DNA from: Rhizophagus irregularis
Lineage: Eukaryota
NCBI RefSeq assembly: GCF_026210795.1
Contig: NC_089433.1
Coordinates: forward strand, 3,410,001-3,474,000
Length of the DNA stretch: 64,000 bases
Direction: 5' to 3'
Positions 49,841-64,000 of this stretch are shown piece by piece. Every line of letters starts with the position of its first letter. Position 1 is the stretch's first letter. Position numbers and translations under genes: made by a program. Below the pieces are notes generated by a model that saw nothing but the letters and a program-made list of their open reading frames with translations, did no database searches and was not told the DNA's origin.

Positions 49841-52800
49841 CAGATGATTTTCGAGATTTCGTACCAAAACGTGTCGACTAGTGTCGACTTGCAAATTGCA
49901 ATTCCATTATCATGGAATTAATCGTGATTTTAAATTAAAAGATGTATCATCATTACTGAAAGAGACGACATTTATAATAAGAGGAACTAAATTATCAAAT
50001 TATGGAGATTATCTAATATTTTTTAAAAAAAATTTAATATGCAAAAATTTCGTATTAATTTCATCAGCCATTCCGCCATAATATATTCTAATTATAGTAA
50101 AGAAAACAACTAAATTATTGTTGATAAATCCATAAATAAAGTCTTTGTTGGCGGTCTAATCAGCTACACAAATAAATTTGGTAGCGTAAAATCACGATAT
50201 TTATATTTACTGTGAAATAATTGGTTTGATACTTTTTTGATCTATCCTTCTCAGATTTACATACGTACTGTAGGTAGGATGAATTTTATTCAAAAATTTC
50301 GATGTTAGTAATCTGATGATGAATTTCTATGTAGAATCTAAAATACATACGATACATATAAGTTTATTAATAAATCGGTCATAGACGTAAATGAACATTA
50401 ATTTACATATATCAAGAAAAAAAAATCGGAATAAATGAGTCGTCACTTTATTAATCTATTTATCCACGCCATGTTATCATTGACCAAAACGGGATCACTA
50501 TTAATTTGCTGCGCCATGTAAGACGCAAAAAAAAACTATATTTATAATAACAAGCAAATATTTAACATAACGGGAAGCTAATAATTAATGATAAATCGCA
50601 AATTTAAATATATTATTTTTATTAAATAAATAAATTCTTTATTTCTTTGCAGAAATCTGTGATTTATTACTATGTGGTTAAGTAATCACCGTTAAATCAT
50701 TATCCAATACGTGTATTATGAATGTTACAGTTTTCAAAAAATTTACTACAAAAAACTACAATGAATATGATCCATAAAAAAAAATATTAATTGTTAAAAT
50801 AACTTTTAAACCCTTTCGTTCCTATATAATGAAAAATAAAATTCAATAGTTTCAAATTTGTTAGAATTTCATAATAATAATTTCAACTTCTTTTCTTTCA
50901 AAACATTAATGTTTACTATTTAATAAGATATATTTATAGTATAATGTAAGTACAGTTATAAAACATATACAATATGATAACAACAGTGAAGCCAGCTTAA
51001 TTTTTTAGCATAGTAAATAAAAAAGAATTGGCAGTGTAATTAAATTTAAATTGCTGCAAAATGATATGAACATTTTCGAAGCCTATTCATTTATTTAGAA
51101 TGTACATATACAGTCTAAAATAAACTTTTAAACTTTAAATAAACTTTAAGGAACTTACTTTTTTTTTGTTTCAAAAATAAATTGACAGAGTATATTTTGA
51201 TTATTTTTATTTAATAATTTTTTTAACAGTTTGTTTGATAATTTTTTTTTTGATAGGCTTATTTGATAATCTCTCCGACAGATCCACCCGAAATTTTGAT
51301 AGTGTATGTTTGATAATTTTTTGATCCTGTATGTCCATTTGATATTTTTGTTTGATAGAAATAGAGTCCATTTGATATTTTTTTTTTTAAAGGGTACATT
51401 TGATAATGATTTTGATAGGGTTCATTTAATAAGTCTTTAGATAAGATCTGGAATATCTGAAAGTTTGTGTGAGCAAAGAAAAAAATTCGATTAACAACGT
51501 TTTTAAAATGTGATTTTATTATTCATTGACCTATTAACTGTTAACATTCAACATTTAATAGCAAAATTTCAGTGAAAAAGTTTCCGTAATGATTTTTTAT
51601 TTGTTTAAATCTCTATTTATTGTTCATTGTCCATTGTCCCATCACAATTTTATTTTTATGAAGGGTCTGTCGTACAAAATTGAACGGACTTTTTTTTTAC
51701 CGAAAGAGAATTAGAGAAGATCAATGATAATTAAGAAATGATTGTCAATGGAAAATTTTTTTCCGGAATTTAAAATTTGACAATGATCAACAAATGATTG
51801 ACGTAAAAAATATCTATTTTTGCAGAAAACGCTCAACAAAATGATATCATTGATGAAGCGGATATTTTAATTGTTGCAACAATATAAATACAAATGCAGT
51901 TTGCAGATCTCAACAAGGTTCTTTCCTCCTGGTTTCTGAATTTTTTTTTATTTCTATAAACGTTGAAAATTTTTTAAACCATATAATGTCATATTATAGT
52001 GAATGTGTTTACAAATGTGAAAGATGCGGTAATTATGCTCCTTCCGGATGGTGCAAATCATGTCAAATAAATGATTTAGAAAAAAATTCTACAATTAGAA
52101 TGAGTGGAAACGAGCAAATTGATAATTTCATTCAAAAAGCGCAATTAGAAATTAATAATTATAATAACATAGTTGAATGGATACCATATGATCAGTTCAA
52201 TAATATTAAAGAGTTAGGAAAAGATGAACTTACTACAATATACTCAGCTATATGGAAGAATGGTCCATTACAATACGATTATAATAAATGTGAATATTCA
52301 AGACAACAGAATAATAAAGTCAATTTAAAGTCATATAACTCGAAATATTATACATATGAATTTTTAAGTCAGGTATGAATTTTTCTTTTAACTTAAACAT
52401 TATAAATATAGTAAACAAAAATTTTTTTATTTAATAGGTTTACGTTGCATATTCTACTGGTAACGTTCGTGAATTTGGACCTAATATATATGGAATATCT
52501 CAAAATCCTCATGCAGAAAGTTACATTATAGTTTTTCCAAATGGTTATCATTGTGATAAATGTGGTAAAAAATTTACAGTTGAAAAATGGTGTAGATCAT
52601 GCCAAATTAGTGATTTAGAAAAAAAATTTACAAATTGGACCAGTGGAAATGAAAAAATTGATAATTTAATTCAGGAAAGGCAATTAAGGATTAATTTTTA
52701 TACTGATTTTATAGTTGAATGGATACCATATGATCAATTTAAAAATATAGAAAAAGTTAACTTTACTGATGGAATATATTCAACTATATGGAAAGATGGT

Positions 52801-54000
52801 CCATTATATTATGATAATAGTAAATGTAGCTATCTAAGAAAACAGAATAAAACAGTCAATTTAAAATATTTGCATAACTCTCAAAATATCATTGATGAAT
52901 TTCTAAATGAGGTATAAATTTTTATTATTTTTTCACAATCAATGGATGATTCATAATATTGAAATTAAATTTTAAAATTTCTATTTTAATAGATTAAAAC
53001 ATACTCAATTAGTAAAAGTTTTTGTGGGATGTCTCAAAAATTGGATACAAAAGATTATATTTTAGTTTTCCTTCAAAACGAAACTTGTGATAAGTGTGGT
53101 AGACAATTTACATATGAAAATACTAAATATTGTAAACCATGTCAAATTGATGATTCAGGAAAAATATCTACAAATCGGATTAGTGGAAATAAGGAAATTG
53201 ATAATTTAATTCAAGAAATGCAATTAAATATTAATAACCATGGTACCGTAGTTGAGTGGATACCATATACTCAATTCAATATTATTAAAGAATTAGGAAA
53301 AGATAAACTTATTACAATATAATTTAGCAAGATGGAAGGATGGTCCATTAGAATACAATAATAGTGAATGGAAATATTTAAGAAAACAAAATAATATAGT
53401 CAATTTAAAGGTATATAATTCACAAAGTATTTCCAATGAATTTATAAATGAGGTATGAATTTCATTATTTGATTTAAATATTATATATATAATAAGTAAT
53501 TTTTTTTTTATCTTGATAGATTAAAGCATATTTAAATGATATTTATAGTGATAATATTAAAATATATGGAATATCTCAGAATTTAAATACAAAGGATTAT
53601 ATTTTAGTTCTTGAAAATATATACTGTAATAAATGTTGCGAATATTCTAGATCGATGTGGTGCCAGCTATGTAACATAAATAATCTAAAAAAAAATCTTA
53701 TTAAATGGACTAGTGGAAATAAAAAAATTGATAATTTAATTCAGAAAATGCAATCAAATAATGATAACCATGATTTCATAGTTGAATGGATACCTTATAA
53801 TCGCTTCAGTGATATTGAAGAGTTAGGAAAAAATAAATTTGATACAATATATTCAGCAATATGGGAAGATGGTTTATTAAAATATGACAGTGATAAATAT
53901 GAATATACAAGAAGGCAGAATACAAAAGTCAATTTAAAACAGTTATATAATTCACAGAATATTTCTAATAAATTTCTAAATGAGGTATGAAATCTTTATT

Positions 54001-54244
54001 TTTATTTTTTATTTTTATTTAACAGTAATAGTTAGCGGATACAAATTTTATAAACATATCAAAAATGAAAAAGTAAAATAAAAAAATGAACTAAACTATC
54101 AGAAGAATCTACTTCGACGGTGGGGCAATTAAACACGAAACTATTAAAGATATAACCAACTACACCTAAAAACCATTTCTTTAATTAACCCACTACCTCC
54201 CATACGCTAGCCGAAACTTGGTAAGTTGAAGCCCGCCCTGCAGA
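54001..54244 (-). mobile_element. Short retroposed insertion at a splice donor
   Basis: 18-bp TSD AGGTATGAAATCTTTATT at 53983-54000 and 54245-54262; T-rich tract at the left end is an A-rich tail on the minus strand. Confidence 0.75.
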
Positions 54245-54629
54245 AGGTATGAAATCTTTATTAACACCCAAGTAGGATTTTAAGGCGATTTTTTACTTTA
54301 AAAGGCAAAAATTTTGGTTGATCATTTCATTTTTCACCAAAATTTTCTATTCCGTTTTTGAAAATCATCCACATGCATAGTTGCCATGGATACAAAAAAA
54401 ATTGCCTTTTTCGTAAAAAACTCTCAATTTAATCTTAAGTATTAGTACAGTACTGTACATGTACATGTACAAGTACAAGAACATGTACATGTACATGTAC
54501 AGAGAAAGTGAACATTCACTATGGAAACTTTTTGCACTGAGTTTAACTGTGCTGCTCAAAAAGAATGTTAACTTGACAGATCATGAATAAATCAACATTT
54601 TTTAATAATATGTCGATCATTTTATTAAA

Positions 54630-57055
54630 ATATAAAAAAAATTAATTTTTTTAATTAAAAACATCCAGCTTGACGTTTTTGTGATTAAAAAATCAAAAAA
54701 ATTAATTTTTTTTTAATTAAAAACGTCCAGCTTGACATTTTTGTAATTAAAAAAAATCAAAAATATTAATTTTTTAATTAAAAACGTCAGGCTTGACATT
54801 TTTGTGATTAAAAAATAAAAAAAAATCAATTTTAAAAACGTCAGGTTTAGCTTGGCATTAGTTCAGGTTGTAACATCAATATAACCTGAATGACTAATAT
54901 TATTATTTTATTAAAAAAACGTTGCAAAAACGTTTTTTCTATAAGATTGTATTAGAAAAAAACGTTTCGTAACGTTTTTTTTGATATTTTATTAAAAAAC
55001 GTTGCGAAAACGTTTTTCTATAAGGTTATATTAGAAAAAACATTTCGCAACTTTTTTTTTGAAAAACGTTGCGAAAATATTTTTTCTATAAGATTGTATT
55101 AGAAAAAAACGTTTTGCACCGTTTTTTTGATATTTTATTGAAAAATGTTGCAAAAACGTTTTTTCTATAATTTTATATTAGAAAAAACGTTTTGCAACGT
55201 TTTTCTTGATATTTTATTGAAAAACGTTGCAAAAACGTTTTTTTCTATAACACTATATTAGAAAAAAACGTTTTGCATCATTTTTTTTGATATTTCATTG
55301 AAAAACATTGCAAAAACGTTTTTTCTATAACGTTATATTAGAAAAAAAAACGTTTTGCAACGTTTTTTTTGATATTTTATTGAAAAACGTTGCAAAAACG
55401 TTTTTTCATAATGTTATATTAGAAAAACGTTGCGAAAACGTTTTTTCATAATGTTGCATTAAAAAAAACACTTCGCCAATTGATTATTAAGCAATTTGAT
55501 AATAAATAATGGGTTCATTCCTGTTTTAAATTGATTTAATAAAAAAATGTGTGAACCTGTTTGCCATTAAAAAATTTAATAATAAATAACAGGTTTGCAC
55601 AGTTTTTAATTGATTTAATAATTAAATGGTGCGAACCTGTTTTTTATTATCTAATCACTTAACAAGAAATGGGTCACGCCATTTCTTTATTAAACCATTG
55701 TGCATAGTACCCATTATTTGTTATCAAATTACTAATCAAAAATAATGGATTCTCACCATATTTTTTATCAAATTGCTAATAATTTAATATGTAATAATGT
55801 GAACTCTTAAAACTTCAAAAATTATTAAAATTAATTTTAACCCTCACAATTTAAGGGATAGTTAGTAAATAATTTATATTAGAAAAAAACGTTTTACAAC
55901 GTTTTTTTTGTCATTCTATTGAAAAACGTTGCAAAAACGTTTTTTCTATAACATCTATATTAGAAAAAAACGTTTTGCAACGTTTTTTTTGATATTTTAT
56001 TGAAAAACGTTGCAAAAACGTTTTTTCTATAACATTATATTAGAAAAAACGTTTTGCACCGTTTTTTTTTGATATTTTACTGAAAAACGTTGCGAAAACG
56101 TTTTTTCTATAATTTTATATTAGAAAAAAACGTTTTGCAACGTTTTTTTGTCATTCTATTGAAAAACGTTGCAAAAACGTTTTTTCTATAACGTTATATT
56201 AGAAAAAACGTTTTGCAACGTTTTTCTTGATATTTTATTGAAAAACGTTGCAAAAACGTTTTTTTCTATAACATTATATTAGAAAAAAACGTTTTGCAAC
56301 GTTTTTTTTGATATTTCATTGAAAAACGTTGCAAAAACGTTTTTTCTATAACGTTATATTAGAAAAAAAACGTTTTGCAACGTTTTTTTTTGATATTTTA
56401 TTGAAAAACGTTGCAAAAACGTTTTTTCTATAACGTTATATTAGAAAAAAAAACGTTTTGCAACGTTTTTTTGATATTTTATTGAAAAACGTTGCAAAAA
56501 CGTTTTTTCTATAACGTTATATTAGAAAAAAAAACGTTTTGCAACGTTTTTTTTGATATTTTATTGAAAAACGTTGCAAAAACGTTTTTTCATAATGTTA
56601 TATTAGAAAAACGTTGCGAAAACGTTTTTTCATAATGTTGCATTAAAAAAAACACTTCGCCAATTTGTTATTAAGCAATTTGATAATAAATAATGGGTTC
56701 ATTCCTGTTTTAAATTGATTTAATAAAAAAATGTGTGAACCTGTTTGCCATTAAAAAATTTAATAATAAATAACAGGTTTGCACAGTTTTTAATTGATTT
56801 AATAATTAAATGGTGCGAACCTGTTTTTTATTATCTAATCACTTAACAAGAAATGGGTCATGCCATTTCTTTATTAAACCATTGTGCATACCCATTATTT
56901 GTTATCAAATTACTAATCAAAAATAATGGATTCTCACCATATTTATTATCAAATTGCTAATAATTTAATATGTAATAATGTGAACTCTTAAAACTTCAAA
57001 GATTATTAAAATTAATTTTAACCCTCACAATTTAAGGGATAGTTAGTAAATAAAT
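54630..57055. repeat. Intronic satellite: ~62-bp repeats, then ~80-bp palindromic AAAACGTTGCAAAAACGTTTT units, plus a duplicated ~430-bp block
   Basis: Arrays at 54910-55450 and 55875-56630; block 55440-55872 repeated at 56622-57052. Confidence 0.9.
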
Positions 57056-60000
57056 TATAATGCTTAAAAGCTCACTAACTTGTACTTAATTACCCTAGTT
57101 TAATTTAAATATTAAAAATATAATGAGTAATTTTTTCTTTTAATAGGTCAAAACATATTTTAATAATAATCAAATATATGGAATATCTCAAAATACAAAT
57201 ACGAGAGATTATATTCTAATTCTTCAAAATATATATTGTAGTCGGTGTTGTAAACTTTATACAGGTTCAGGTAGATTTAATGAATGTATATCATGTCAAA
57301 TAATTGGTTTAAAAAAAAATTTTAAATTCTGGACCAGTGGAAATAAAAAAATTAATAATTTTATTCGGAAAATGCAATCAAAAATTGATCCCCATAGAGT
57401 AGTATTTAAATGGATACCATATGATCAGTTTAATGATATTAAAGAGTTAGGAAAAGATGAATTTACTACCGTATATTCAGCAATATGGAAGGATGGTCCA
57501 TTACAATACGATTATAAAGAATATGTATATTCAAGAAATAAGAATATAAAAGTCAATTTAAAATTATATAATTCACGAAATAATATCAATAATGTTTTAA
57601 ATAAGGTATGAATTTTCTCTATTTAATTTAAATGTTATAAATATAATGAAGTAATATTTTTTATTTAATAGGTTACATATTTATTTGATAACAAGTATGA
57701 CGAAATTATATATGGATTATCTCAATATCCTCATACAAAAAATTATGTTATAGTTTTTCCAGATGGATATCATTGTGATAAATGTGGTAAAGAATTTGAA
57801 TATAAACGTTATAAATGGTGCAAACCATGTCAAATAAATAATCTAGAAAAAAATTTTACAAACTGGAGTAGTGGAAATGAAAATATTGATAATTTAATTC
57901 AGGAAATGCAATCAAAGATTAGTTCATATGAAGATATCGTATTTGAATGGATACCATATGATCAGTTTTGTAATATTAAAGAAATAGGTAAAGGTGGCTT
58001 TTCTAAAATATATTCAGCAACATGGATTAATGGTCGATTAATGTATGATATTAGTAGATGTGAATACATAAGATGCTCTATAACAATTGCTTTGAAATGT
58101 TTAAATAACTCTCAAAATATTTCAAATGAATTTCTGAATGAGGTACGAGATTTTTCTGTAAATTTTTATATAAATTAATGTACATGTAATAACGATCTTT
58201 TATATTTTGATAGGTCAAAGCGTATTCAGTTGAATTGGATATTTATAATTTCCGAAATAAAAGACTTCATACGTATGGAATATCTCAAAATCCAGATACA
58301 AAGGAATACATTATGGTACTTAAGTATGCAAAAGGTGGAGATTTTAATTGTTGGATGAAAAAAAATTATAAAAATTTAAATTGGTCAAATAAGTTGGATG
58401 TATTATCTAACATTATTATTGGACTTGAAGAGATTCATCAAAATAAGATGGTTCATCGTGATTTTCATACAGGAAATATACTGTTAAATAAATCCCATTT
58501 GAAAGATATACTTTTATTCAATGATATTATAAAACATTTCAGATATGGGATTATGTGGATATGTCAATAATATTGATCAAAATAGTATTTATGGAGTTAT
58601 GCCTTATGTAGCTCCTGAAGTATTAAAAGGAAAACCTTATACTCGAGCAGCAGATATATATAGTTTTGGCATGATTATGTATTTTGTAGCCACTGGAAAA
58701 CAACCCTTTGTCAATTATGCGCATGATGAGGTTTTAGTATTAAATATTTGTAATGGAAATAGACCTGAAATTAATGTACCGGAAGCACCAAAATGCTATA
58801 TTGATTTAATGAAACAGTGCTGGGATTCAAATCCAAATAATCGACCAATAGCAACTAAAGTTTTAGAATTTATTGATTTTTTTATTGGCTCATATAAAAA
58901 TGTTGTTAATGATGCATTAGACTTTAAAAAAGTACGACTTTCTGAAATTGAAAAACAATTCAAAGCAGCAGAAGAATACAGAAAATCACGTCTCATATTA
59001 TATAATGAAAATGAACGATCAACTATTCATCCACAAGCTTTTTATACATCACGATTACTTAATCAATTTACAAAAGATCTCCCAAAAAATGATAATATTA
59101 ATAATAATTCAGTAGAAGTGATTGACTTTACAAAGTGAGTACAATGAGTACAATTAAATTATTTGTTTAACAATATATGATTATATAAATTAATTATATT
59201 TTTCTTTTGTAGTTTATAATTAAAGAAGCAAGAAAGATTAAAATATGATTTTGATATAACTCGTGAATGACGTTATTTAAGGAAGCCTCTCAATATTGGA
59301 TAAAAGTTTATCAGTATTAGAATAAAATTGTATTAGTTAAAAGATATATTAAGAAGTTTTATGGTCGGAACTGTGATACAAGTTAGTTATTTTAAGGTCG
59401 TGTGGATTGTAGAATACTAAGATTTTCACTGTGCAACAGTTCAGTTCACCGTGAATTACTATTATATATTTTATAATTCATTAAACATTTAATAATTTTA
59501 TCAAATATTTTTTATTTATTTTATAATTTTATATATTACTATTGTTCAATATCGATTACAGATTATTTGTAAACTTTATTTTTTATATTAATAAAGCCTA
59601 TTTATAATTTTCGGTCGTTTGATCAAGTTATAAATATCATGTTGGCTGTATCCTTTCTATCTAATAAACTTCATAATATGAAACATTTATATTTCACAGG
59701 TATCATAGACAACTATTTTGGTAAAAAATTAATACAAATTAAAATTGCAAGTCGCAGCTAACATTGGATATATTTGTCTTTTTTTTTTATTAACCTATTA
59801 TTACTTGAAAGATTAAACGAGTAATCAAGATCTTACGGCTGGCCGCGAATTTACTGTATCTGTCACCAAATTTTGTAGCAAGCTACATCATAATGAAATA
59901 AACAATTTTAAATTCCTTATCTTTTACGATCCAATATTTTCACTGCCATTAATTATCATATTCATATATATAATATATTCGATTCGATTGACGAAACTTT

Positions 60001-60137
60001 TTCCACCTCATAATGGGTAATACGGCAATGGTGGCTTACAATGAACTATTCGATACAAAGATATTCAACAATATTTTTTTAAGTAATTACCATATTTGAA
60101 TTCCTTCGGAATTTTTTTAAAAAAAGGTTATGCCTTA

Positions 60138-60697
60138 CGGTGTCCAGTCCGATGATCTTCCTGAGTCCAATCATGTTAATTTTTAGCACAGTCATGTGAA
60201 TTTGGGTCCGGATCATTGGACCTTGCGGTCCAGTGATTCACTTAAAATTACTTGGGTCCGATTGATTATAGAGCACGACTTTTTTTTTTTACTGTTCGCT
60301 TTATAATGAAAGTTATTATAAAAAAATTTTTTTACTATTAAATATTTAATGAGATAATAGTTTTAGTAATGATATAGTATAAATTGCTAGGACCTCTTGC
60401 TTCAATAAATTAAGATGCAATTAATTTTGTTAAAGTTTTTAATCATTTTATTGTATAAAAAATGCTTATTTAAATCTAAACTAATAATTATTAAATACAA
60501 GAGAAAAAATAAAATGTAGATCGGTCATGTAAATTTGTTCGATCTGATTGATCAAAATCACAGGACTCAGCACAGTTAATTCAGTCCGATGTTAGCGAAG
60601 TCCAATCAAAGTTTAAATTCGGTTTGCATCAAAATTCACATGACTGTGCTAAAAATTTACATGACTGGACTCAGAAAGATCATCGGACCGGACTCAG
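60138..60697. mobile_element. Tc1/mariner-like MITE
   Basis: ~65-bp TIRs CGGTGTCCAGTCCGATGATCTTCCTGAGTCCA.. / ..TGGACTCAGAAAGATCATCGGACCGGACTCAG, flanked by TA. Confidence 0.8.
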
Positions 60698-61309
60698 TAA
60701 AGATATACTCAAAAAAAAATATTATCATCCTATGTTACAAAAAAAAGTGAATTTTTTAAAAGCTTTTATACAAAAAAGTAGTATCAGACTAGTATCAGCT
60801 TGTTTTTTTAAATATATCAAGTTTAGAGTTTTCATATTTTGCTAACAATATCTCAGTATGAAAATTTACTATTTTGTCAAATGTTTAATATGAAACAAAA
60901 TTCAGTTGATAACTCTTTGTATAGACAAACCTTGTTAAAATTTACGTACAGGGGAGCAGTATTCATTTTAATATTATAAAATTTTTGAAAATAATTACAC
61001 CATAAATACTTCGTGATAACATTTATTATTAGAAACATTAAATATGAATGAATTTCTTCTTTTGTATTTCTTAGGAATTCATAATTTTATCATAAGTTCT
61101 GTCAAACAAAATTCATAAATTTAAATAATATGATAGTAATCTTTAATTCTTTGAAGCGCATTGTCAATACGAGATAATTATTTTTCTCTTCGCGTTTATG
61201 TCAAGTAATTTCCATTTTAAATAATAACTATTTTTAATTTTTTTTCTCTCCTAATTCAAAAATACATTATTTTTTTTGTTTCAAATATCGTAATTATTAA
61301 AATATCAAT

Positions 61310-61830
61310 TCAATTTTTACAAATTAATAAGGAATTATTGGAAAATGATGAACAATTGAATTTTATGATATTATAACTAAAGTTGGTGAAGAATCTAACG
61401 TAAAAATCATTTGTTAACTTGGGTTTTTGTAATAGGTATATTTATGGCGGTATTCTTTCGTTGGATGTACAGGATACTTCAAGTGAAAGTTTTTGCTGTT
61501 GCAGATAAAGTAAGAAAATCTTGGATATATTTAATAAATTAGTTTAAAATCTGATAAACTCATTAAGACTTCGACAATTTTGTACTGATTTTATTACTAA
61601 CTGAAATCACCTTTAAATCATTTGATTTTACTAAAAAATCTCTAGTTCTAGTTATTAAAATAGACGATTTACAAATGAGAGAAATTGAAATTTGGATACA
61701 TGTAATAAAATGGGGAACTGCACAAAATACTTGGTTGTTTGCTGTTAATTAGATTCTTTAACTTCATCCCAAGAATTCTTACAAAAACTGGTTACTGCTG
61801 GTTCATATAAAAAACTTTTTAATGATTTAC
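61310..61830 (+). pseudogene. Degraded BTB-BACK relic
   Basis: ELLENDE..YDII.KVGEESNVK, YIYGGILSLD, DDLQMREIEIWIHVIKWG fragments with deletions. Confidence 0.75.
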
Positions 61831-63739
61831 TTTATAAATAATGAACCATTATTGAAATTGATAATTAAAATCAAATTACATAAAAATTTGTTAATATAAT
61901 AATTTTTTTATTAAATGCAATTTATAAAATGGTTATCTATACATATATATTATGGTTAGTATTCGGTTTAATTAAATATTTCATTGATCGCAGAGTTTGA
62001 ATTTTAAATTGATTGATATATCAAAAGCTGTATAAAACAATTCCATAAAATCAATTTAAAAAATATTCTCAGAAGTAACAGGGCCTGGTATTGATTTTAT
62101 AATCAATTAATCACTTTAATTCGAAAATGTACTAATAAACGTGGCTATATAATTAGAAATGTATAATCATTTTGCTAAAAAATAATTCGTAAATTTAAAG
62201 TGTTCTTTATTCATCTACTAACGCTATGATTAGACATAATTAATCTCTATGAGGAGTATTTACAAAAATCAAACTACCATTACCGATAATAGAACAACAA
62301 GTCATGATGTCACGATCTATAATTCTGACGTTTCATATCGCTTTGTTATTATTACTACCGTTGTGATGCGTAGCGTTATAATCACATGATACTCACTGTG
62401 TTCAACATGTTACACATGATCTTAAAAATTGATTGGTCATTCACGCGGCGTGAAAGAACTTTGATATGGACTCTACTGTACAGTCCTTTGCTACGCTTCC
62501 ATATTTCTTTTTATTAATTCAATTTTTGTGTTGATATTGGAAATAAGCTGTGTTTAATAATATTTTGTCTTAATAATTTACCTCAATCATTTAATATACA
62601 TAATAATTTGCCATGGTTGGTTCTTATGCTAAGTAATTACACGTTGATAATACTGTAATCAAAAAGCACTATAATCTATGTACAGTAAGACTTTTTTGCA
62701 TATTTGAAATAAACTTTTAAATATGATACCTACTTCGAGATAGAGTGTACCTTCTTTTGGTGGATTTACATCCATAATATGAGGGAAATTAACGTCGTTA
62801 ATGGCGCAAATTCTTTAAATGGTATTGTTATTGTTGAATCATATCTTTGATTATTGTATAGGTTTATATTTTGCAACATCATTTACCAAATGGCGTTATT
62901 GAATAGATTATAATTATTTAAATTCAAAATATTGAATTTATATAATGTGTTAAAAACACTTGCGTATATTGGCCAAAGATTAATATCCTGTATGTAGTGT
63001 ATTTTTCCCATTTATGCGCTGCTCTACATCGCTAATATTCTATTCACTACGTTTTATTCGCTCAGATATAGCGAGTTAAACATTGCGCAGAAAAATCGGT
63101 ATAAAAACAAAGGTCAATTGGCTGATCAGAAGCCGTCTTCAGGTGTCTGGATATTATGCCGGCTGATGTCTGGACCTCATGTTGGATACTTGGATAATTT
63201 TTAGACACCATATCAGATATATGTAGGATGATATTGATATTCGACATGATTTGAAAACATTTTCCTCTGCTAATCATATTACCAAATATATTAAATTTTA
63301 TTTTATAGTAAATTTGCCAATTTCCTATAACTATGTTAGTGATAATTATATCAATTGATCATTGAAAGATAAAATAAAATTGAGCCAGAAAATTATTATA
63401 TTTATGAAGAATTAAAAATTCACCCAGAAATTATAAACAAAATCAATTATATTTAGTAATTATGATCTAGGTATCATCATATGCATGATGCAACCATTAA
63501 AAAATATTAGTCATAATTGTGTAAAGTTTAATATTAATATATGATTATATTTTCCCTTACTATATATTATCAATATCTTATGACCCAAATTAATTAATTA
63601 AATTTTACAAAGCAATAAATTTGTCTTATACAGATTATGTCCTGATAAAACAGTTACTCAACACAAAGTGCCAAGTATAAATATTAAAAGTTCGCCTTAA
63701 AAAAACAAAATCCAAATTTTTTTAAATATTAAAAAAAAA

Positions 63740-64000
63740 ATGTCAAAACTCTCACAAGATTGTCTTATAATTATTTTTGAAGAATTAGAATATGATGTCA
63801 AATCATTATATTCCTGTCTTTTGATAAATAAACTTTGGTGTGAAACGGTTGTACCAGTTCTTTGGAAAAATCCTTGGAAGTTTCTTAAGAATAATATCTT
63901 TACATAGAACTATAACCTCATTTTTACCACCCGAAATTAAACTTCATTTAATAAATAAGGATATCAATACTCATAAACCTTTATTCAAATATATTAGTTA
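63740..64000 (+). pseudogene. F-box-like family gene start with a premature stop; runs off the window
   Basis: MSKLSQDCLIIIFEELEYDVKSLYSCLLINKLWCETVVPVLWKNPWKFL, then TAG at ~63905; KPLFKYIS further on. Confidence 0.7.

Larger units (their letters stand above)
51986..59138 (+). pseudogene. TKL kinase with 6 tandem Cys-motif/N-lobe modules. Exons approx. 51986-52372, 52438-52911, 52993-53452, 53520-53985, 57148-57605, 57672-58142, 58214-59138; frameshifted
   Basis: Module repeats as in the 34-40 kb gene; GKGGF, IALK, HRDFHTGN, SDMGL, APE, ADIYS; frame breaks at ~53320 and ~58530 (could be assembly errors). Confidence 0.8.

Noticed and set aside
54450..54500. (GTACAT)n repeat and the overlapping YMYMYM ORF
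   Set aside because: It is a simple microsatellite inside an intronic repeat, and the ORF is spurious.

Overview
This is very AT-rich, intron-containing eukaryotic DNA. The gene content and repeat load are typical of an arbuscular mycorrhizal fungus (Glomeromycota, Rhizophagus-like; an inference). It holds four intact BTB/POZ-BACK-TLDc genes plus two relics, tyrosine-kinase-like (TKL) kinases, F-box-like/LRR genes, a cytochrome P450, nested LINE fragments, MULE, hAT-like and Tc1-like elements, and satellites. The standout is the ~4.8 kb apparent satellite at 14.9-19.8 kb. On the minus strand it reads as an array of ~80-110 nt introns (GTAAGT/GTATGT/GCAAGT donor, CTAAC branch motif, TAG acceptor). 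These separate 47 exons of exactly 3 nt and one exon of 1 nt. Spliced together, they join a short ATG exon in frame, with no stops, to a tandem pseudokinase-kinase gene. Every codon in this stretch is split across two microexons, so exon skipping or repeat recombination could rewrite the N-terminal peptide combinatorially. Two other kinase genes, both now disrupted, carry exon-duplicated arrays of Cys-motif/kinase N-lobe modules. A MULE-like element carries an OTU/vertnin-like protease fragment. All calls were made by manual reading; splicing and expression are untested.
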